Source of the DNA: Octopus sinensis
Taxonomy: Eukaryota
Assembly (NCBI RefSeq): GCF_006345805.1
Contig: NC_043005.1
Location: 21,824,001-21,888,000 of the forward strand
Length of the DNA stretch: 64,000 nt
Direction: 5' to 3'
A model generated the notes under the pieces. That model was not told the DNA's origin, made no database searches, and saw only the letters and a program-made list of their open reading frames with translations. This document shows positions 1 to 11,738 of the stretch, one piece after another. Every line of letters begins with the position of its first letter. Positions within the stretch are counted from its first letter, which is position 1. Position numbers and translations under genes: made by a program.

Positions 1-282
1 TTGTCAACCAGCCATGGATTTCTCCTTCTTCTTATCATTATTATTGATTTGACTCAGGCTTTGTCTTATTCTTGGCAGTATTTTTGTGGGTAATGGATAC
101 AACCTGTAACCTTAGGTATCTACTAACTTTCAATAGTCTTTCAAGTGTGGGGAGTTTTTGATATCACCTCATATAATAGATATACTATTTTAAAAAATTA
201 TGTGATGCATGCATCATGTGTTGAGTGTGTGTGGCGGGGTATAAAATGTACTTATTGTTTTCTCTTTTTTTTTTCCTTCCAG

Positions 283-516
283 CTGATGATACGGAAATTA
301 AGCTTTCTAAAGTTAGCGCACCTGGACATAATGTTTTAAAGAAACTTCAGAATGTGAACTCAAAGAAGTGTAATGAAGCTTGCCTCCAACATTCAGAATG
401 TAATTCTTATGAGTACAATAAGAAAGAAAAGGTCTGTGATTTGAGTGATGTGACTCATTTGACTGATAAACTTAAACCCAATAATGGAAATTGGGATATT
501 TACATCATTGATACAG
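283..516 (+). CDS. Exon 1 (A0): PAN/apple type A domain
   Basis: ttccttccag|CT GAT GAT ... GAT ACA G|gtcagt; 234 nt; [77 protein letters not shown]. Confidence 0.88.
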
Positions 517-3500
517 GTCAGTAGAGTATTACCATTTTATTTTTATATGCATGTCTGTATATCTTTATATATATGTATATGAGTGTGTCATATATATATA
601 TTTGAAAGCATTGGCAATGATAAATCATATTACAGTACTTCATACTCGTGGAGTGCTGTTCTAAAAGCATTTCATTTATGCTTGTGCATGCCAGGCCCTG
701 CCCCTAAACTAATTCTGCTTCATCAAGCATTCCCAAATCTCATTACACTAACCCACCCGAACACCCATCCATTCATTATTTCTCTATTTGTAGCACTAAT
801 TGGCACCTGTAATGACTTGAGAGCAGAATTTGCATATATCATTTCCCCCATCCATTCTTTGTACTACCAGGTTCCTCCTTCCCTTCCCCCATCCCCTACT
901 GGTACCACTTCCATCCTTCATTCTTGTTACCTTCCCTTCCTACATTATTGACATTGGTCACTTCCTGTCTGCCACTTCACTTCTCTCTCCCTCTTCTCTG
1001 CCAAACTCCATCATAACACCTCACATATCTGCTATCAGCCAACCATAAGTACCTCAATATCTCTTTCTCCACTACTCCTACACTTTGCCCTTCCCCCCTC
1101 ATCTTCTGACATCTTCCTAAGCCACATCTATCTTTCTCATCTTATACCCTCTTCATACTGACATTACCCATCAACTGCATATTCACCTTTGTTCATCACT
1201 TACTACGTTCACTTCTAGCCTCATCTGTTTCCATCATTTGCTCTCCCCTCACTTACTTATAAAATTACTTGCCCCTTTCTTCCTCCTCACTGATCCTCTG
1301 TATATATCCTCTCTTATACGCAACTTGTAAATTGTAAATTTTAATCTGGCGACCATTCACTACCATTTTTATTTTCTTCCTAGCTACACTCATCTACCCT
1401 TTCATAATGTGAAAATGTTAGCCATGCACCTATCATGTGTTTAAAAAGTAGAAGTTTAAAAAGTAACACACATTGATATGTATAACAAAAATAAAACAAG
1501 GTAGAAAATGCTAAAATAATTTTATTGCGAAGTACATTTTAGTACCAGTTTCCAGCTTTTAAACTTTTTCAACTAAGAGTAAAATACGAAAAACAATTAA
1601 ATTGGAGAAAAAAATTAAGTGAAATGTTTTGTAAATATTTCCATAGTCTTCAAATAGTCTGTCTCTTGCTCTCTCTCCCTTTGTGAATACTTGGTAGGTA
1701 TGCAGTAGCAAATCTGAAGAAATAGTTTTATGAGTACAAAGAATTGGTTTAGAACAAGAACAAGAATCAGGAGGAGGAGAAGATGAAGAGAAGTAGGAGT
1801 AGGGAAAGAAGGGGAAGAAGGAGAAAACAATGAAAAAGACAAGTGGTGTGACACAGTAAATTGTTCATGACCTAAAAGTGACCTTTTGTGGTCTTAACAG
1901 TGATGGTTGGAATTGTTCTAAATTCTTGTAGTAGTTTCATCTGTGGTGGAAGCATTCAAAAGAAGTTTATATTTTGCTTCTTTGCTCATGCACTGATTAT
2001 AGTTTGCATTGTCCCTGAATTTATAGAGGGGAAAATTTTTTAAATTGGGTTAGAACAATTCCAACCACTATTTCTTCGACCACAACAGGTCACTTTTAGG
2101 TCATTTGACCATTAAAGAAGATTCCATGAACAATCTACTGTGTCACACCACTCCTGTCTTTTTCTTTTCTTTCTCCTTCTTCCTCGTCTTTCTCTGCTCC
2201 TACTTCTCTTCATCTCCTTTTTCTCCACTTCCACCTTTTCCTTTCCTTCTCCTTCTTCTTGTTCTCCTTCTCCTCCCTTGGCTGCTCCTGCTTAAACCAT
2301 CAATTCTCTGTACTTATAAAACTATTTCTTCAGATTTGCTACTACCTACCTACCAATCATGCACAAAGGAATAGAGAGAGGGACAGACTATTTGAAGACT
2401 ATGGAAATATTTACAAAACATTTCACATGCAGTGTGTAATGTGTGTAGGGGTGCAATGTATGTGAAGGGGTATACATTGCAGGTGATTGAAGGCAGTCTG
2501 TTTGTGGGATGTCCACCTTATAAGGATGTGTGTGTGTGCATAGGTGTGTGCTTTAGGCAAACTTTTTGCCAGGCGCGAGGGCATTGGTGGAAGCCTGAGG
2601 CTTGAGACCTGTGGTTGCAGTCATATTGGGGCATGCAGGTATGTTAGGATGTATTTCTTTTCATGTGGGCAGCAATCAAACACCTCACTCCTGCTTTTCA
2701 GGTAAACATCTGAGTATTGGGTACCCTTTAAAATTGCTCTCTTCTCAGCTGGGCACACCCTCTCTGTTAACAGTTATATGAGTGCATCTTTTTCCTGATT
2801 GATGGTCTCCTAGGCAACTCATGTATATATTTATATCTATATAAATATATACATGAGTTGCCTAGGAGACCATTAATCAGGGAAAAGATGCATTCATATA
2901 TTTGGATGTATGTATATGTGTGTGTGCATGTTTGTATGTGTATGTATACATATACCAGATTGAGTCAAAAGTTTTTTACCTATTTCAAGCTTTAATAAAG
3001 AGTTTGATAAAATTACATACAAAAATAATTTATTCATCAAGCTATAACCCATCATATTCTATTGTGCCAGAATTTCAATTCAATGCTTATACCATTTGAC
3101 TGGAATCTCAGTTCAACATTTATACCATTTAACTGATTTAGAGAAAGCAAATTCTCCTGGCATCCATTTTCAACCACATCTATATTATTGAACCTCCTTC
3201 TATGCAGAAAATGAACCATGGTTCAGAAAAGGTGGTAACTTGATAATGCAAGGTCTGGACTGTAGGCAGGATGATGCAGCACTTCCAGCACCTCAAATTC
3301 CTCAAGTTTGCATTTGGTCTCATTGGCAGTGTGTGCTGGGGCATTGTCATACTGTAGGAGTGCACATCTTCAATTGATCAATACCAGATAGGAGGCTTTC
3401 AAAGCATCATATACTCACTGCAGTTGTTGAGCATAAAGGTTAGCATTCAAAGTATGACCATCTGGGACAACCTCAAAACTCTTCAAACTGCCTTTGTTTG

Positions 3501-6500
3501 ACAACAGGTTCTGAAGCCTGGCTGGAATGAAGCCACTGGTTTCTCTTAATAGGATTATGAAAATACATCTGTCTTTCATCCGCAGCTGTAATTCAATGCC
3601 AAAAATAGGCATCATGAGGAGTTGGCCACAATTGTTGGTAAATGTTCACATGTCATTGAGCCTAGTCATTGGTTCGTTCAAGAGGAACTTCTCCACAGCA
3701 TCTGTTCACAAGTCTGAGCTTATGGTGGTGTTGATTAATGGTGCTTTGCGAAGGACCAAGTTCTGCTGACCATGTATGTCTGTTTGGGCTTGGTTTTTGT
3801 TCAGCCATTTCTAGCAAAGCAAAGTCTTCCACAACAGAAGGTCTCCCTGGCCTTGGTTTGTCTTTGAGGCTGGTGTCATCTTAAAGTGTTTAAAACAGCT
3901 TTGTGGCTGATGTTCATAAACAGTTCCTGGTCCTTCCAAATCACTAATTTCTTTTGCCATTGCCCTTACACTTAATCCTTTTTTCTACAGCTTCAATAAA
4001 ATGGCTCTAATTGCAATTTTTCCACCACTCATTATCAAAGCTGTAAAATAAAGGATAACCAATTTGTGATTAATATGTTCATCATTATCATCATCATCAT
4101 CATCGTTTAATGCCCGCTTTCCATGCTAGCATGGGTTGGACGATTTGACTGAAGGCTGGCGAACCAGAAAGCTGCACCAGGCTCCAATCTGATCTGGCAG
4201 AGTTTCTACAGCTGGATGCCCTTCCTAACACCAACCACTCCGAGAGTGTAGTGCGTGCTTCTACATGCCACTGGCATGAGGGCCAGTCAGGCAGCACTGG
4301 CAATGGCCATGCTCAAATGATGTTGTTTACGTGCCACCTGCACAGGAACCAGTCCAGCAGCACTGGCAATGACCTCACTCGAATGTCGTTTTTCACATGC
4401 CAGTAAGGTGATGCTAGTAACGATCACACTCGAATGGTGCATTTTACGTGCCACCAGCAGGGAAGCCAGTTTGCTGCTCTGGCAATGATCACACTCAGAT
4501 AGTGCTCTTAGCGTTCCATTAGCACAGATGCCAGTCATCGAATTTGATTTTGATTTCACTTGCCTCAACAGGTCTTCGCAAGCAGAGTTTAGTGTCCAAT
4601 GAAGGAAAGGTATGCATAAGTGGACTGGTTACACCCCTGGCATTGGCCACAAGGTTATGGTCTCACTTGGCTTGCTGGTTCTTATCAAGCCCAGCATATT
4701 TCCAAAGATCCCGGTTACTAGTCATTGAGAAGAAAATGCATACATTCATACATACGTACGTACATACATACATACATACATACATACATGCATACATACA
4801 TATATACATACATACATACATGCATACATACATTTTTATACGTGTGTTTGCATCTGTGTATGTATTTGTCTTTGTGAGCAGATGTCTTCAGATTATTACG
4901 CTCAATACTTTTCATCGTAAGATTGTCATTAACTCCTTATTCTCACCCTCCCCCAAACATACTCTCACCATTGACACCAGTTTCTTCTTTCAATTCCAGT
5001 TTACTCCGAAGTTAACTGTGGACCACCAAAAGACATTGTTGGTGCTGACAAGTCCTACAATAGCACCTCCTATAATTCTGAAGCGACCTACACTTGTCCA
5101 GAAGGAGACAAACTAAAGTCAAAATGTAAAAAGGATAATAAATGGTCTCCAGTAAATTCTTCATGTAAAGGTAATGTAAATAACTTCCTTTTTGTTGTCA
5201 CTGTCAGGGTAATCTTATTTTATTTTTGTGCTAAATGTCTTTGCCAGAGGAAGTCAGCTGACTCTTTGACAATTTATGCAGTGTTTGTAGCTGGTGGAAG
5301 AGACAAAGGAAGTTGTCCTCAGACCAGATACTTCCCAAAATGCTTGCAACAGAGTGGACATCATTAATTCTATCCTAGGGTAAAGTATTAAATTGGGTGA
5401 CAGATTAAGTCTCTCAACAGAAAATTTGAAATGTGATGGTCTGTTCCCTCCAGCAGATATCCATAGTTTCCATTTACCAGATTTCATCCTTAATTCCGAA
5501 GCAAATTTTTAACAAACTTTTCATCACATAACTAAGATTCTACCCAGGACCACAGTATTTTGAAGTATTGTTCTTAACCTCATAGTCATACTGAGGATGT
5601 CTATGTAGATCTCTTAATTTCCAACCTAACCTTTTTCCCTTGTACCATGTATCCTCATCCAAAACTCTGTGCAATATAATGCTCCTAAGTCCTTCCTCAC
5701 TAAAATTCAACAATCTTTTGAAATAGCCTTCCAATACTCTAACAATTCTTCTAATCTACCACCCTTAATTGTAATAAATGCAATTAATATCAATGATGGG
5801 TTTCTTTTAATTTATTCACAAGGCCAAGAATTTTTGATGGCAAGAGTTTAGACTTTTCCCTTGACTTCAGTACTTGAATAGTACTGACTTTTATCAATCC
5901 CCAAATGGATAACAGGCAAAGTTGACCTTTACTGGATTTGAACGCAGAGCATAAAGAGCTTAAATATACAATGTTACAGATTTTTGCCAATGTTCTAATG
6001 ATTCTTTGAGTGAACAATTCTTAATTATAAAAATATTAACAATTATTAACATATAAAAGCAGATGGTATATATTTAAAAAGAAATGATGATGATAACAAC
6101 AACAGTGATGACACCAATGATGTCATGAACAATGATAGCACCATCAATAACAAGGGTGCCATCAACAATGACAATGGCAAGGACACTGACAAATCCACCA
6201 ACAACAATGTTCATGGTGCATTCCTGCAAATACAGGAGGACTCTTCTCTATGGCTTATCAAGAAATCCCATGGTCCAAAATCACTGTATACACTGAGTAG
6301 ATATATCCTCACCAATTGTCATCCTCTGACCTACAACCTCATACAGATTTGTCCCAATAACTCTTGTAAATTTTGCCACTTACACACACTTTTGATTGAA
6401 TTTACCCTTCCCACCCTCACTTTCATTTACAAGTGAAACTTTAAAACACAATGAATTATCAACCAAAGTTACAATTGGACATTTCAAACATCCACCTCCA

Positions 6501-9500
6501 ACTTTCTTTTTTATGGCTTCACGAATATAACATCATAAATTCTAGATCCATGATAGAATGCATTCAGTATATTTTGTAATATATGTAGTAAATTAGTATT
6601 GAGATCACAGTGTTGAGAGGAACTTTATTCTTGTCTTGACCACGGTATGATGACAACCTATGAAATACTGGTGCCATAATTAAATACACCTTGTACAATC
6701 TGTTAAGTAGTTGGTGTTCAGAAGGGGATCCAGCCAAGAAAGTATGCCAAAATAAAACATACAAGTGAGAAGTGCCCCCGATTTCTGACCAGGGTTTGAG
6801 GGGCAGTAACTTTGAATAAAAACTGACTCAGATATGACAAGCTGTCTAGTCCTAGCCAGCATCATGGAAAGAGGACATAAAATGATAATGATGATGATAT
6901 ATATATATATATACATGGTTTTATATGTGTGTGTTGGTTTCTTGATACAAACAGGAAAAAATAGGGCTCAAAAGACAAACATATAAATTGATTTTTAACT
7001 GCAGAACTTGTGTGTGTGGGTGTCTCCCCACATGTTCAGATCATCACTTCTGATGGTCAAATCATTGTCAGAGTCTTCTCTTTTGCTCATTCCATCTTAT
7101 TCCTCTTATACTTAAATTTTTCCTCAACACATTTGCACTTTCTATGCATGCACAATAATGTTGCACATTCATTAGATCACACTAGCTCTATTTTCTCTCT
7201 AGTCTTTGTACATCTTCTGTATTTATGGCCTTTCTCTCACTGCCATGTATTGTAGGTGATGATACACAAGTAACACACAATCTGCCTTTCACTCATAGTG
7301 AGAGACCATTTGGTGCCACCAGAGCTTATAGCTTTCTGAACTTTCTCCATCTTGTTATTCAACTATACATACTTAACATCCTCTTCCTCTGCTAATTAGG
7401 TCACCAAGTTAAGAGAAACCATTTACAGCTTCCAGGGAACCTCCTGGGAATTCGAGAAAATCCAGTTCCTGTGTGTTTATTGTTTCTGCACATCTGTCAC
7501 GTACAAAGACATCTTTCTTGGTTAACATTCCTGTGATTCCAGTGCATCTCTGATGTGTCCATATGTCGCACTGGGTACACCATATGGAATTCCTACCAAC
7601 ACCTTTCCTATATATTGGGCAGAGCACGCACATAATATACATGCAGTATTGATATCAATTTCTGTTCTCAATTTCAGCTTATGCAAATATTAACTGCGGA
7701 ACTCCAAAGGAAGTTGTTGGTGCATCAAAGTCCTACAAAACAACCACCTATAAATCTGAAGTGACCTATACTTGTCCAAAGGGAGAACAACTAAAGTCAG
7801 TATGTGAAAAGAACAATAAATGGACTCCAGTGGTAGAAGCCTGTGAAGGTAACGCAAATAGCTCATCTACTGTTGTTTCTGTCTATGTAATTTTGTTTTA
7901 TTTTTATGTTAAATGTGTTTGTCAGTGGAAGACTAACAGAATGCATACTAAGTTCTATTGTGCTTATGGCTGATGATGAAGGAGAACTTGTTATCCTTGG
8001 ATCAGAGATCTCACAAATGCTTGCAACAGAGTGGACATCATTAATTCTACCCAGGGGCCAGGTGATGGTATTAAACTAGAGAATGGATTAAGTCCAGGAA
8101 ACAAGAGTTGGTAGCTTAGAAACTTGTTCTTCTCCTGCAAGCTTTCACATAACTTGTATCCACTATATTTCATTCCCAAAGCTTAGTTGTGAAGTTAATT
8201 TTTAACCATGCAGACAAAACTCCACCATCCTCGATATTATTGTAAACTTATTACCTCCAAATCTAATCTTGATGGATATTCTCTTAATTTCTAACTTGAT
8301 TTTTCTCACCCATTCTTTGTGGCATCCTGCCTGTTAAGTGGGGATAAATATAATGTATGAGTTCTTCTTTACTAAAACTCTGCACTTCTCTGAAACAGTC
8401 TTCTGATGTTCTTGTTATCTTCCAATCCACCACCCTTAAAAATAATATTGCTACTAATAATAATAATGAAGATTTCTGATTTAGTCACAAACCAATTATT
8501 TCTGACATCATCTTCATTACCATCATCATTTAACAGCTGTTTTCTATGCTCACATGGCTTGGATGGTTTGACAGTGTCCAGTGAACCACAGAACTGCATC
8601 AAGCCCCAGTGTTAATTTTGGCATGGTTTCCACAACTGAATAACTTTCCTCACAGTAAACACTTTACAGTGTGAACTGGATCCCTTTCCTTGGTACTAGT
8701 AAGGTCACCATTAACTTGCAAGACAAAATAAAGGAAAATGAAGAAGCCCCCTTTTGAGAAAGAAGGAGCTACATTTGTGAAGGATGAAGTATAATAGAGG
8801 GAGGAGCATAGTTGTTTTACTATAGAGGGAATGCATGTTTACTCCATGTTATATGAGGGTGGGTGTGAGTAGCTGAAAGAGAGATAAAATTTGTGATGGC
8901 AGGGTGCCAGATCTCACTTTCAAGGCACAAGAAGGTTATTATAAGAAAGAATATAGACAGTTGATCAAGAGGGAAGGAAAGGGTGGATAATTTAATAAGA
9001 GTATGGGAAGAGAGTGTCAGATGGTTAGAGACTGGGCTAGAGGTAGGTGTAGTGAGGGATGAAAAAGGGTGAGTGTTGTTGATGGTAAATATCAGTATGG
9101 TGGGGAAGTTGAAAGATAGAAGTGGCTCAAGAAAGGTGGGGATGACAAGCAGCATCACATGAGAAGTGGAGAGCATCAGTATCATATATGGGTGGAGAGA
9201 TGAGAAAGTAAGGAGATGATATATAGGATGATAGTGTGTAGGGTGAGAGGGTGTGACTTCAGCAGCTGAGTAGTACTAGGTACACATGAAATGTAAATAT
9301 GAGGATGAGGATGCAATCCTTTTGAATGTTGAAGAATCTCTGTCTAGAAACATTTCTAGAAACCCACCATCAAAGATCACCCTGAACTTCAAGTTCAAGT
9401 GCCCTCTCCAATTATTGTTCTCTGAGCTACAGGTTTATGCACTGTAATCCCCATTCACTCAAGCCATTTTTACCATGCTCACTTTGCTTTCAGTAATTTA

Positions 9501-11597
9501 CCTTGAGAACAGTACCTTCCTCTCTATCCCTGCTCTCTCTGCAAGTGAAATTTACAAATGCAGATGAGGGATTGACCAAGGAGGAAGTCATTATTGTCTG
9601 ACATTTCAAATTCATTCACTTAACGATCTCATTTGCTATAGGTACCTCACAGAGGTAAAATGCTGTCTCTGCCCAGATAAAGAAGGGTGTGAGGTAATCA
9701 TTCTACACATAATACCAGCTGTTTGATATAACTTCACAACCCAACAATGCATGCATCTCAAATTGGCTTGTCCTAGCATTTCATTGAATGGAGATTTTAT
9801 TTTGATCCAGGAGAGCCCCTTTGTTAGCACTGCCAAAGCAAGGACTTCAGAAAGTTTCCCAGTGTTATTCCTTGAACAAAAAGTCCTTCAAAACAAACTT
9901 AGCAGTTCATTGTCAATGATGACCAATTAAACCTGAGAATGTCATTGTTTTATCCCCCCATTAACTCTCAATAGATTGTTAGAGTGGAACATTCACCAAT
10001 CTCATTGCCTCGGTCATATCTGATCTTGTACACTGTATTTTCTGTATTTTTTTTTATTACATTAGATAATGTGAATACCTTTTTTAAAGATGGTTAGGAA
10101 TGATTGATATTTCTGACATATTGGGCATCTACATAGGGATGCTGAACTTAATATTGCAAGCTCAGAGATTTGACACAGCATATCCTCTGATTTAATCTGT
10201 TACCTGGTTCAGCACCACTACCTGGCCATTCAGCTAGTTGTGGTGATTGTAGTGGACAATACTTGGTCAATATTTATATATTTACTAGCAGCGATACCCA
10301 GCATTGCCCGTGTTCCATACAATTGAAGAATTAGACTTTTCTGTTATATTTTCTCTAATGAACTGGAATATCTATATTTCGAATTTCATCAAAATTGCAG
10401 ATGAGAGTATTTTCCTCTTTATTCACCCCCAAAAAATTGTAATCGTATCACATGTATCCCATACTGCTGATTTTTATGCGCATATTCCAAAATTCCAGTC
10501 TTATTGAACCTGTTAAAAAGATTTTGCTCCTGAAAAATGAAGGTCATGGAGCTCTAAAATGTGAGAGTTAAGGCACCTGTTGGGAGTGGGCATCTTAATG
10601 TCAACCAGAAAAGTTGAATTGTTGAGAATCTTTTTAACTTGGGTCTTATATCTATTGTTTGAATTTCTTTGAAATAGGAAATATATGTTCACTGAGTTTG
10701 TAAAAGAGAGCAAAGCTAAAGGAAACCAAAAGACAAATGATCACAATAAGCAGTCAGTTATCCTACCCTAGTTGTTACCACTCCTAATGTAGGATTCCTC
10801 ACCATCCAGGTGATAGGCACAGCCGTAAGATGCATTACGAATCTATAGCAATTGGAAGAGCATGGCCCAACTAAAATAAACATTAACAACTGTGTGATGT
10901 GAGGGCTAAGGAGAAATGAAAGTGTCACCTCTGGAGTTTGCAAATGATCACTATACTGATACGTAACTGGACAGAATAAACTTACAATCTATAAATGTCT
11001 TTGAATAACCAGTCACTCATCTGGGAAGGCCTTGAAATCAATGTTAGTATCTGGGGACTATGTGTGACCGAGTGATAATAGAAAGACTGAAAGGAGGTCT
11101 GCAATCAAATAACTTTACTCAACACTTTGAAACTGATGCAAAGATGCCTCTCAATTACTCGACAATTTATGCACCACATTGCAGAAATTCCAATGTAAGT
11201 GCATGTCAAAGCAAACTGTCACACTGTTGTACCATTGAATTAAAAATAATGCTCAAATTTATGCTCGGGTAACCCTACAGCTTCCAAGAGCACAACTGTA
11301 TTCGTTTTTGCTTAGATAAAATGACAAAATTATGGGTGTTAAGTCCCCATGGAGGGGTCTTTCTAACTTGTAAGAAGATGAAACTTTATAAATATTACTT
11401 CATTTGTGTCTAATATCTATGGTTAAGATTTCATCAACAGCAAAAATATATGAATTGTCATGGGGGTTATGGCTCTTATGCATAGAATATAATTTCCAAA
11501 TTTCATAAAGATCCATTCACTACTTTTGCCTAGTTTTGGATCATAAAAGAAATACTAAAATTTGGGAGTTAAGGCTCCCGTTAGGGTGTTATATATA

Positions 11598-11682
<85 letters not shown>

Positions 11683-11687
11683 GATAA

Positions 11688-11738
<51 letters not shown>

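Noticed and set aside
283-298. CTGATGA..GAAA at the start of exon 1 as a hammerhead core
   Set aside because: No stem II, III or I can form; it is coding sequence (A-D-D-T-E).
583-1400. Pro/Ser/Leu-rich ORFs in CT-rich tracts (also GA-rich 8700-9240, 25780-26330, 42300-42770)
   Set aside because: Low-complexity, TE-derived pyrimidine/purine tracts with no splice-compatible domain exon.
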